Origin: an uncultured Actinomycetes bacterium
GTDB lineage: Bacteria > Actinomycetota > Aquicultoria > Subteraquimicrobiales > CAMTWV01
Length of the DNA: 64,000 nucleotides
Assembly (NCBI GenBank): GCA_947085535.1
Contig: CAMTWV010000002.1
Span: 94,199 to 158,198, forward strand
Direction: 5' to 3'
Part shown: positions 8,825 to 16,780 of the stretch, piece after piece
Numbering within the stretch: the first letter of the stretch is position 1
Layout: each line of letters starts with the position of its first letter
Notes under the pieces: model-generated
The model's input: only the letters and a program-made list of their open reading frames with translations
Databases searched by the model: none
What the model was told of the DNA's origin: nothing
Program-made: the position numbers and the translations under genes

Positions 8825-10090
8825 CTAACCGACTGTCTTTGCAAGTGTTTTTTCATTTACTGGCCCAATAGCTACCAGCAACATTTTTTCAGGTTTAAAT
8901 AAAAGTTTAGCTATCCTTTGCACATCTTCAAGAGTAACTTTGTCAATACGTTTAACTATTTCATCGAGACTTAAAATTTCTCCCTGTGTTAATTCAGACT
9001 TACCTAATCTTATCATTCTGTTGTGCGTGCTTTCCAAACTCAGCACCAACTGTCCTTTTAAATGTTCACGAGCTATATTTAGTTCTTTTTCAGTTACCCC
9101 GTTCTCAGCAATATTCATTAGTTCGTTTTGAGTAATCTTTAAAACTTCTTCGACTTTTGATTTTCTTGTTCCTGCGTAGACAGCAAATAATCCTGAATCT
9201 GAGTATAGCGAATGGTAAGAGTAGACGGTATAGACAAGCCCTCTTTTTTCTCTTATTTCTTGAAATAGTCTGGAGCTCATTCCCCCGCCCAAAATGACAT
9301 CAAGGATAGCCAGAGTAAATCTATCAGCATGTTTAGCTGGAACAGCAGTAGTTCCGTAGCATATGTGGACTTGCTCTGTCTCCCGTGAATTGACAAGCAA
9401 TCCTTTTTTAGGTTTGGATTCAAGTTCCTGTCTTTTGGTTGATGCTAAAGGTGAAGGAGTTTTAGTTTTCGGAAAATGTTTGTTGATTAAATTAACAATG
9501 CTTCTTGTTTCAAGATTACCAGCGGCGGCAACAAGGATGTTTTCAGGAACATAATTCTCACTAAAAAACTCAGAGATATTTTCGCGGTTAAAAGATTTAA
9601 CCGTTTCAATTCTTCCAAGAATGTTTTTGCCCAAGGGGTGATTTTGAAAAAGCGTTGACGCAAAAAGGTCATGAATTAGCTCATCTGGTGTGTCTTCATG
9701 AAGATTTATTTCTTCCAGAACAACATTTTTTTCGGACTCGATGTCTTTTTTGTTTAGAAGTGGATTCTGGAGCATGTCTGCTAATACATCAACCGCAATG
9801 GGAAGATGCTTATCGTGAAAACGAGCATAATAACAGACATACTCTTTTGAAGAAAAGGCATTAATATCTGCCCCTAAAGACTCGAAGATTTCGGAAATGT
9901 CGCGAGATGAGTATTTTTTGGTTCCCTTAAATAGCATATGCTCAATGAAGTGTGAAATTCCTTCATGTTTGTCATTTTCATCTCGCGTGCCCACTTTTAT
10001 CCAGAAACCAAGAGCTATTGATCTCATGTGAGGCATGGGTTCGCTTAATATCTTAATGCCTGAATCAGAATATGAAAAAGTGAAAGACAT
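8825..10090 (-). CDS. M16-family (pitrilysin-like) zinc peptidase
   Basis: 421 aa with the inverted zinc motif HFIEH (HxxEH). It occupies the mlpA/ymxG position downstream of pnp. Confidence 0.9.
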   Translation of the reverse strand: MSFTFSYSDSGIKILSEPMPHMRSIALGFWIKVGTRDENDKHEGISHFIEHMLFKGTKKYSSRDISEIFESLGADINAFSSKEYVCYYARFHDKHLPIAVDVLADMLQNPLLNKKDIESEKNVVLEEINLHEDTPDELIHDLFASTLFQNHPLGKNILGRIETVKSFNRENISEFFSENYVPENILVAAAGNLETRSIVNLINKHFPKTKTPSPLASTKRQELESKPKKGLLVNSRETEQVHICYGTTAVPAKHADRFTLAILDVILGGGMSSRLFQEIREKRGLVYTVYSYHSLYSDSGLFAVYAGTRKSKVEEVLKITQNELMNIAENGVTEKELNIAREHLKGQLVLSLESTHNRMIRLGKSELTQGEILSLDEIVKRIDKVTLEDVQRIAKLLFKPEKMLLVAIGPVNEKTLAKTVG

Positions 10091-10099
10091 AGAGGTATC

Positions 10100-12196
10100 C
10101 TAAGCTTTATTTGTATCTTCTACTAGTGCAAGGCTAGTTCGGTTTGTCTTTTTATCAAATTCAATGACTTCAACGAGAATTTTATCCCCTGCTTTAACAA
10201 CATCTTCAACAGCCCTTATCCTTTGGCGTGATAGTTTAGAGATATGAACCAACCCCTCTTTCCCGGGAAATATTTCAACGAATGCGCCAAAAGCAGTTGT
10301 TTTGGTGACCGTTCCAAGATATTTTTCACCAACCGCTGGTTCTTTTATTATGCTTTCAACAATTTGTCGAGCGCGCGCTCCATTTATTACGTTTTTAGAA
10401 GCAATATAGACGGTTCCATCGTCTTCGATATCTATGGAGACCCCGGTCTCTTCAATTATGCCTCTTATTATTTTTCCTCCTGGTCCAATTAATTCACCGA
10501 TTTTATCTTTCGCCACTTTTAAAATGTAGATTTGCGGAGCGAATTCAGAAATTTTCTCTCGAGGTGTGGCAATTGCTTCATTCATTTTTTCAAGGATAAA
10601 CAGTCGGGCTCGTTTAGCCTGCTCAAGTGCTTCTTTTAGTATCTCTTTTTTGATACCGGCTATCTTTAAATCCATTTGAAGTGCGGTCACGCCTTTAGTT
10701 GTTCCAGCAACCTTAAAATCCATATCGCCAAGAGCGTCCTCCATGCCTAAAATATCAGTTAAGATAGCATGTTTGTCGCCTTCAACTACAAGACCCATGG
10801 CAATACCACCAACATTTTCCCGAATAGGAACCCCGGCATCCATTAAAGCCATACTGCCTGCGCAGACAGAAGCCATTGAGGTTGAGCCGTTAGATTCCAG
10901 AGCTTCAGCAACCAATCTAATTGTATAGGGAAATTCAACTTCATCTGGAATGAGTGGAAGCAGAGCCCTTTCCGCCAAAGCACCGTGTCCAATTTCCCGT
11001 CTCCTTGGACCACGCAACACACCAGTATCTCCTGTTGAAAAAGGTGGGAAATTATAGTGGTGTATAAATCGCTTTGACTCTTCAGTACCAATGCTGTCGA
11101 TTCTTTGTTCATCGCTTAAAGTTCCAAGCGTTACAGTGCTTAAAACTTGAGTTTGTCCCCGAGTGAAAATTGCAGAGCCATGAGGACGTGGCAAAGGATG
11201 AATCAGACACGAAATTTGCCTGATTTCATCAGTTTTCCTGCCATCAGCTCTCTTATTTTCTTCTAAAATCATTCGCCTAATTTCTTCTTTCTGAATTTTT
11301 TCCAGCGTTTGAACAATATAGCGCTCTTTTCCTTCCAGCATGGTTGTAATTCGTTCAACCGTTTCATCTTCAACTAAAGCAAGTGTTTCTTCTCGCTCCA
11401 GTTTGTCTGGATTTTTTAAGGCTTCTCTGAGTTTATCCGTTGCATGTTCGCGCACTTTATATTCAACTTCGCCCGGGATGGTAATTATTTTGGGCTCCTT
11501 TTTTTGGGTGCCAACCTGAGTTTGGAACTTTTCCTGAAAGTTAATTAACTCTACGATGTACTTATGAGCTTCTTCAAGAGCCTGCATGGTTTCTTCTTCA
11601 GATATTTCATTTAATCCGGCTTCAACCATCAGGATTCCTTCACGGTTGCCGGCAACAGTGACATCTATGTCGCTTTGTTCTAACTCTTGAAAAGTGGGGT
11701 TGACCACCCAGCGATTATCGCACCGACCTATTCGCACAGCGCCTATTGGACCTAAAAAGGGAATATCGGAAATAGAAAGCGCAGCTGAAGCACCTATTAT
11801 AGCAAGCACATCGGGTGGGTTTACCTGGTCAACTGATAAAATACTCGCTATTACTTGAACTTCATTTCGATAACCTTTAGGAAAAGATGGGCGTATCGAC
11901 CTGTCAGTTAATCGGGCGGTTAAGATTGATTTTTCACTAGGTCGCCCTTCACGCTTAATGTAGCCGCCGGGAATTTTTCCTGCAGCATACATTTTTTCTT
12001 CTACATCAACGGTTAATGGAAAAAAATCCGTACCTTCAAGTGGTTTATCTGAAGCTGTAGCTGCTGCTAAAACTACTGTGTCTTCGCATCTGACTAAGAC
12101 ACTTCCGTTTGCCTGTCGGGCAAGTATTCCTGATTCAATAGAAATAGTCTTCCCGCCCAGCAAAATTTCTTCTTTAACAGTGTTTTTTAAATACAT
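10100..12196 (-). CDS. pnp: Polyribonucleotide nucleotidyltransferase (PNPase)
   Basis: 698 aa. Two RNase PH domains plus KH and S1 domains. Confidence 0.97.
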   Translation of the reverse strand: MYLKNTVKEEILLGGKTISIESGILARQANGSVLVRCEDTVVLAAATASDKPLEGTDFFPLTVDVEEKMYAAGKIPGGYIKREGRPSEKSILTARLTDRSIRPSFPKGYRNEVQVIASILSVDQVNPPDVLAIIGASAALSISDIPFLGPIGAVRIGRCDNRWVVNPTFQELEQSDIDVTVAGNREGILMVEAGLNEISEEETMQALEEAHKYIVELINFQEKFQTQVGTQKKEPKIITIPGEVEYKVREHATDKLREALKNPDKLEREETLALVEDETVERITTMLEGKERYIVQTLEKIQKEEIRRMILEENKRADGRKTDEIRQISCLIHPLPRPHGSAIFTRGQTQVLSTVTLGTLSDEQRIDSIGTEESKRFIHHYNFPPFSTGDTGVLRGPRRREIGHGALAERALLPLIPDEVEFPYTIRLVAEALESNGSTSMASVCAGSMALMDAGVPIRENVGGIAMGLVVEGDKHAILTDILGMEDALGDMDFKVAGTTKGVTALQMDLKIAGIKKEILKEALEQAKRARLFILEKMNEAIATPREKISEFAPQIYILKVAKDKIGELIGPGGKIIRGIIEETGVSIDIEDDGTVYIASKNVINGARARQIVESIIKEPAVGEKYLGTVTKTTAFGAFVEIFPGKEGLVHISKLSRQRIRAVEDVVKAGDKILVEVIEFDKKTNRTSLALVEDTNKA

Positions 12197-12229
12197 AAAA
12201 CCTCCATTTGTTTTGCGGAAACATGTTTA

Positions 12230-12499
12230 TTATCCGCGCAAACCTAATTTTTTAATTACATCATTGTATCTTTTAGGGTCGATTTTTTTGATGTAAGCCA
12301 AAAGACTTCTTCTCTGCCCCACCATTTTAAGTAATCCGTGTCTTGAGCTATTATCTTTTTTGTGGATTTTGAAGTGGCTGGCTAATTTGTCGATTTTTTT
12401 TGTGAGAATTGCAATTTGGACTTCTGGGGAACCAGTATCAGTTGTATGCAGCTTAAAATCGTTAATAATCTTTTCTTTTTCGTCCTTAGCTAAAGACAT
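12230..12499 (-). CDS. rpsO: 30S ribosomal protein S15
   Basis: 89 aa. [25 protein letters not shown] signature. Confidence 0.97.
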   Translation of the reverse strand: MSLAKDEKEKIINDFKLHTTDTGSPEVQIAILTKKIDKLASHFKIHKKDNSSRHGLLKMVGQRRSLLAYIKKIDPKRYNDVIKKLGLRG

Positions 12500-12603
12500 T
12501 TTTTCACCTCCCCTTTTTAATCCCGCTTACCAAGAATGCGTTGGTGATTCGCGATCCCAGTGAAACGGTGAAACAGCTTGTTGCCGCTCCATTGTAAAAA
12601 ATA
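12500..12603 (-). promoter_or_regulatory. rpsO 5' leader, locally GC-rich; possible S15 autoregulatory structure
   Basis: About 100 nt between the predicted -10 box and the GGAGGTG RBS. It contains tandem GTTTCAC x2 and small stems (CCAA..TTGG, TCGCGA palindrome). S15 translational autoregulation through its own leader is known in several phyla. I did not derive a fold. Confidence 0.3.
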
Positions 12604-12632
12604 ATGATACCATAGGTTGAAATTGATGTAAA
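12604..12632 (-). promoter_or_regulatory. Putative sigma-70 promoter of rpsO
   Basis: Minus strand reads TTTACA (12627-12632), a 17-nt spacer, then TGG-TATCAT (extended -10, 12604-12612). Confidence 0.4.
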
Positions 12633-12640
12633 ATTCAACC
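12615..12640. promoter_or_regulatory. Inverted repeat GGTTGAA-N12-TTCAACC spanning the rpsO -35 box
   Basis: Perfect 7-bp arms at 12615-12621 and 12634-12640. Candidate operator in the divergent control region. Confidence 0.35.
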
Positions 12641-12668
12641 AAAATAGACAAGAAAAAATAGACAAGAA
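12641..12668. promoter_or_regulatory. Perfect tandem 14-bp direct repeat (AAAATAGACAAGAA x2), candidate operator
   Basis: 12641-12654 and 12655-12668 are identical. The repeat lies 16 nt upstream of the -35 box of the cassette promoter. Confidence 0.45.
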
Positions 12669-12684
12669 ATTTTTGCTATCTTTA

Positions 12685-12713
12685 TTTACAAAATTGAGTT
12701 TATAAAATATATT
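12685..12713 (+). promoter_or_regulatory. Putative sigma-70 promoter of the HTH-ImmA-membrane cassette
   Basis: TTTACA (12685-12690), a 17-nt spacer, TATATT (12708-12713). AGGAGG RBS lies 6 nt before the ATG at 12753. Confidence 0.45.
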
Positions 12714-12752
12714 TAAAGTCAGTAACGAAATTAAATTAAAAGGAGGATTAAA

Positions 12753-13142
12753 ATGGCAAGTATTGACGAAAAGTTGAGATTTTTATTTACCACACATTTA
12801 AGCCCTGACGGAGATGAATACACCTACGAGGAAGTTGCTCAAGGAACCGGAGGTGTAATTTCACCAAGTTATGTCTGGAATCTCCGAAATGGGAAGAAGC
12901 TGAATCCAAGCCGGTCTAAGATGGAAATACTGGCAAAATTCTTCGATGTGTCACCTTCCTACTTCTTTGATGAGGAAGACGCTCTAAAGAAAAGCTTAAG
13001 CATTGATACAAGAATCGTGAGAGCAATTGAAGACCCAGTGGTAAGAGACATTGCTTTGCGGGCAATGGACTTAAGCGACAGAAACAAAGAGTTTATTTTA
13101 GCTATGGTTGATAAAGCGAAAGAGTTAGTTGAGGAAAAATAG
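12753..13142 (+). CDS. XRE-family HTH regulator with EspR-like architecture
   Basis: 129 aa. The pattern KLRFLFTT..PDG.EYTYEEVA....ISPSYVWNLRNGKKLNPSRSKMEILAKFFDVSPSYFFDEE plus a C-terminal helical block (VRDIALRAMDLSD..) parallels EspR as I remember it (RLNRLFDTV..PGRGPHTSAEV..MSAPYLSQLRSGNRTNPS..MAALANFF..AAYFTDDE). Confidence 0.8.
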   Translation: MASIDEKLRFLFTTHLSPDGDEYTYEEVAQGTGGVISPSYVWNLRNGKKLNPSRSKMEILAKFFDVSPSYFFDEEDALKKSLSIDTRIVRAIEDPVVRDIALRAMDLSDRNKEFILAMVDKAKELVEEK

Positions 13143-13660
13143 TGCTCAACCAGAGCAAGCTTAGAAAAAAGGTTAATAAATTGCTAAAAGAATTGAATTT
13201 TGAAGGAAGTTTTGATTCTTTTAGGTTTGTTGAGAAACTCGGGGAGCAATTAAACTTAAAGATAAAACTCCAATCTGTTCCCATGCCGCCCGGTTTTTTT
13301 GGCTTCTGGAGTTTAATCAATGACTGTCATGTCATTCTTTATCGGGCAAATACTTCTTGGTTTCATCAGCAACAAATTATCTTCCATGAATGCGGGCATA
13401 TTTGTTTAGGCCATCATTCAGGAAGCATTGAAAAGTTTTTAAAAAGAGAAATTCTCTACTCCGAGCCCGAGGAGCAAGAAGCAGAAACTTTTGCCACACT
13501 TCTTCTATGTAATGCTATAACTCAGGGATTGACTGAGCAAGGTATTTCTCTAAGCCAATATTATAACCAAAACAGTTCTTTTTACAACGAGTGTCCCCAG
13601 GATGTAATTTCAATGCAGGATTTTATGCTTCAATTAAAAGAAGTAATGGAAATGAGGTGA
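13142..13660 (+). CDS. ImmA/IrrE-family (COG2856) zinc metallopeptidase
   Basis: 172 aa. HExxH motif in FHECGHICLGHH and downstream EQEAETFA (the E.EA..FA motif of the family). The GTG start overlaps the upstream stop (TAGTG), implying translational coupling. Confidence 0.8.
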   Translation: MLNQSKLRKKVNKLLKELNFEGSFDSFRFVEKLGEQLNLKIKLQSVPMPPGFFGFWSLINDCHVILYRANTSWFHQQQIIFHECGHICLGHHSGSIEKFLKREILYSEPEEQEAETFATLLLCNAITQGLTEQGISLSQYYNQNSSFYNECPQDVISMQDFMLQLKEVMEMR

Positions 13661-13670
13661 GGTAACTCCC

Positions 13671-14960
13671 TTGCTTTATTACTTAGATTACCTTTTTCTT
13701 ATGCTCTTTTGGACTTGTACTTTGTATGCGCTTAAAGCTTATTATGTAAATCCACGTGATTCGAAGAATAAGCATGTTTTTTTGGTTTTTTTATTTGCTT
13801 CTATTGCTTTTACCTTTGCCGCACCCATTATTGCTCAAAAATTCAATAAGTTTTTGGGAATTAGCAGCATCAGTCGACCAATCGAGAATATCTCGAGCCT
13901 TATAGCTCTTTACTTTGGCTACCTTTTTTTTACGGATTTTGCTCCTAAAAAAAAGAAAAGAATTCCATGGCTTACTTTCTATCTTTTTTTGGTTACTGTA
14001 GCTCTAATTTCAATTTTTTCCCTGTTTTTGTCCAAACCTCAGCTTGAACCAATTTTTTTGGGTGAGGACACAAGAAATTTATCTGTTTTCATTTACAGTT
14101 TAGTTCTTCAGTCCCTTTTTCTCCCCCTTTTTGCTATTTATGCTTTAAATTTTTATAGATATGCTCGCCTGGTCAAAGAGCAAGCAACAAGAGTCAGACT
14201 TTATTCTTTATCGATAGGTTGTTTAATGGGCGCTTCGGGTCGCATTCTTGAACTCGTTTACTGGTTTGATATGCGGTATTTTGCTTATCTAAAGTTTTTC
14301 GGATTCTCTGCGGTTATTAGAATAATCAATTTATTTATGGTTTTATTTCTTTACGCTGGTTTTATAATGCCTGCTTTTTTAAGGAAAATTGTAGAGTCGT
14401 TTGGCGAACTGTTAGGATTGCGTCGAACTCGATATAATTTGATTTCCTTGCTTGCTTTAATTAACGACGCCCGTTCTTTTCTTCATTCTGATAATGAAAT
14501 GATTAATTATGTGCGGCGACTGTGCGAAAAATTTTTCTTAAGCTTAGAGGAGACAGCGCAGGCGGTAGAAAGTGCTCGGATAATTTCTGCTCTGGCTGGA
14601 AAAACAGATCAAAATTCAACTATGGAGTCTGCTCAGGTTTTTCATAGCGCTGCCAAGTATGCAGCGGCTGCCTTTGCTGAAGAAATTAAGTTTTATGACC
14701 AGGTTTATAAGAATATTTTGTATGCCAAGGAAAGGTATGACGGAAAGGATGCTATTTCTGACTTAAGTGGGGATAAATTACCAATGGGCTCACGCATTAT
14801 AAAAGTGGTTGATTGCTATTTCAATTCAAATCTTTTTCCCTTCGAAGCAGTCAAAGTTTTAAAGAAAGGTGCGAATAAAGAATTTGATCCCGAAGTAATA
14901 AAAGCTTTTATTGAAATACTCGAGGAAGAAAAAAACCTCAATCTCTTAAGATCTTCTTAG
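13671..14960 (+). CDS. Polytopic (~7 TM) membrane protein with a C-terminal degenerate HD-GYP-like domain
   Basis: 429 aa. TTG start 8 nt after GAGGTGAGG. About 7 hydrophobic helices in residues 1-236. The C-terminus AKERYDGKDAIS..LPMGSRIIKVVD..FDPEVIKAFIEIL aligns to the HD-GYP consensus HHERxDGxGYP..P.gaRI..vaD..FDP.lv.aF, but HD, HH and GYP are all substituted. Confidence 0.6.
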   Translation: MLYYLDYLFLMLFWTCTLYALKAYYVNPRDSKNKHVFLVFLFASIAFTFAAPIIAQKFNKFLGISSISRPIENISSLIALYFGYLFFTDFAPKKKKRIPWLTFYLFLVTVALISIFSLFLSKPQLEPIFLGEDTRNLSVFIYSLVLQSLFLPLFAIYALNFYRYARLVKEQATRVRLYSLSIGCLMGASGRILELVYWFDMRYFAYLKFFGFSAVIRIINLFMVLFLYAGFIMPAFLRKIVESFGELLGLRRTRYNLISLLALINDARSFLHSDNEMINYVRRLCEKFFLSLEETAQAVESARIISALAGKTDQNSTMESAQVFHSAAKYAAAAFAEEIKFYDQVYKNILYAKERYDGKDAISDLSGDKLPMGSRIIKVVDCYFNSNLFPFEAVKVLKKGANKEFDPEVIKAFIEILEEEKNLNLLRSS

Positions 14961-15864
14961 CTTTTTTAATATCTTCATGTATCTCTTCTATTAGTTGTTT
15001 CTCATCTTCAAACATTTTAATATCTCGAACTCTTTCTCTTATTTCGAGTTCAACTGGCTTTCCATATAAATTCTGGTTAAATCTAAAAATATGAGCCTCA
15101 ATGTGTCTTTTTAAGATACCAAAAGTTGGACTCTCTCCTATGTGAATAACACACGGGTTTTTTTCAGCGTTATACCAAAAAAAGCCAGCATAGACTCCTT
15201 TTTTGGGAACAGAAGCTTTATCGGGTGTTTTTATGTTAGCGGTAGGAAGTCCTAATTTTGAGTGAGCAATTCCTGTTCCTTTGATAACTTTCCCCGTAAT
15301 TCTTGGCCAGTGCCCGAGCAAACTTTTTGCTTTCTTAATATCCCCTGCTCTAATATGGTGTCTTATATTGCTGCTGCTGACCAATTCTTCCTCCAGATAC
15401 AGGAATGGTACGATTTTAGTTCCAAAACCCGTCTTTTTTTCGTAACCAATTAAGAAATCATGATCTCCTTTTGCGCCTTTTCCAAAATGAAAGTCCTCGC
15501 CTACCACTAAACTTGAGGCTTTAAGTTTTTTAAGGACTATTTCGTTAAGGAATTTTTCAGGGCTTAAGTTAGCTAACCGTTTGTTAAATTTAAGGATGAG
15601 TAAATAATCGACACCTAATTCTTCTATTAACTCTGCTTTTAAATGGGTGGCTGTCAAAATGGGGGGATGACTGCCTGGTTTAAGAACTTCGAGCGGATGA
15701 GGCTCAAAAGTAATAACAATGCTTTTGGCTCCACTTATTTTTGCAGTTTCTACCGCGGTTTTAATGATTTTTTGGTGCCCTTTATGAACACCATCAAAAA
15801 CGCCGATGGTGACAACGCTTTTTTCTATGAATGGCATGTCTTTAAGTTCTCTTATAATTTCCAT
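14938..15864 (-). CDS. ribF: Bifunctional riboflavin kinase / FMN adenylyltransferase
   Basis: 308 aa. GVFDGVHKGHQ motif and a C-terminal riboflavin kinase domain. Its 3' end overlaps the convergent membrane-protein gene by 23 nt. Confidence 0.92.
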   Translation of the reverse strand: MEIIRELKDMPFIEKSVVTIGVFDGVHKGHQKIIKTAVETAKISGAKSIVITFEPHPLEVLKPGSHPPILTATHLKAELIEELGVDYLLILKFNKRLANLSPEKFLNEIVLKKLKASSLVVGEDFHFGKGAKGDHDFLIGYEKKTGFGTKIVPFLYLEEELVSSSNIRHHIRAGDIKKAKSLLGHWPRITGKVIKGTGIAHSKLGLPTANIKTPDKASVPKKGVYAGFFWYNAEKNPCVIHIGESPTFGILKRHIEAHIFRFNQNLYGKPVELEIRERVRDIKMFEDEKQLIEEIHEDIKKAKKILRD

Positions 15865-15866
15865 TT

Positions 15867-16778
15867 TTATTCGTTAAATACTCTTATGGGTTGAGCGAAA
15901 AAATGTTTTGTTTTTTTGGCAATGGCAACTAAATTCTCTTTTTCGTCGACTATTTTTAACAACTTGTTTTCAACTAACGTGGTGTGCGGTGCAATTTCAA
16001 TTATCATGTTTTCGATTAAAGCCTGCCCCTGACGGATGACTTTTGCTGCCTCATTTCCGATTTTAATGGAAGGATAAGGCAAAATCCGATTTAAGGAAAA
16101 AATGTGCTTTTTGAGTTCATTTAAATTCATTTCTTTAATTTTGTCTAAATCCATAGCTTGTTTTAAGTCAAATTCCCCTACCTTTGTTCGAGTTAACTTG
16201 CTTAAATGGCCACCACAGTCAAGTCTCTTTCCTATGTCGGCACACAGGCTTCTTATGTATGTTCCACTGGATGAGAGAACTCGAAAATCTACCCTCGGGT
16301 ACTCGCCATTCTCTATGTTTATTAATTCTAATTCATGAATCGTTACTTCTCTCTCAGGTATTGTAATCGTTGTTGCAATGCCTTTTCGTGCCAGTTTATA
16401 AAGGGGTGTTCCGTTTATTTTTATAGCGGAAACAAGAGGTGGTGTTTGTTTAATTTTCCCTCTAAATTCATCAAAAACGGTTGAAATTTTCTCGGTGGTT
16501 ATGCTTACAGGTTTTTGGGTAAGAATTTTTCCCCATTTATCCAGGGTATCAGTGGTTATTCCTAATGTTAATTGAGCAAGATATTCTTTATTCTGATTTT
16601 GCAGAAAAGGGGTAAGTTTTGTGGCTTCTCCAAGACATAAAACTAAAATTCCTGTTGCCATCGGATCTAAAGTGCCGGTATGACCTACTTTCTTAAGTTT
16701 AAATAGCTTTTTCACAATTAAAACTGCATCATGCGAAGTTATTCCGGCTGGTTTATTGATAATTAATACACCATTCAT
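15867..16778 (-). CDS. truB: tRNA pseudouridine(55) synthase
   Basis: 303 aa. GHTGTLDPMATG motif with the catalytic Asp, plus a PUA-like C-terminus. Confidence 0.95.
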   Translation of the reverse strand: MNGVLIINKPAGITSHDAVLIVKKLFKLKKVGHTGTLDPMATGILVLCLGEATKLTPFLQNQNKEYLAQLTLGITTDTLDKWGKILTQKPVSITTEKISTVFDEFRGKIKQTPPLVSAIKINGTPLYKLARKGIATTITIPEREVTIHELELINIENGEYPRVDFRVLSSSGTYIRSLCADIGKRLDCGGHLSKLTRTKVGEFDLKQAMDLDKIKEMNLNELKKHIFSLNRILPYPSIKIGNEAAKVIRQGQALIENMIIEIAPHTTLVENKLLKIVDEKENLVAIAKKTKHFFAQPIRVFNE

Positions 16779-16780
16779 AT

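Noticed and set aside
12753-14960. Interpretation of the HTH/ImmA pair as the edge of a prophage or ICE.
   Set aside because: There is no integrase, excisionase, or phage structural or conjugation gene, and no tRNA or att-like repeat within the window. Both flanks are intact backbone genes. The only tyrosine recombinase (32906-33814) is the syntenic XerC/CodV homologue 18 kb away.
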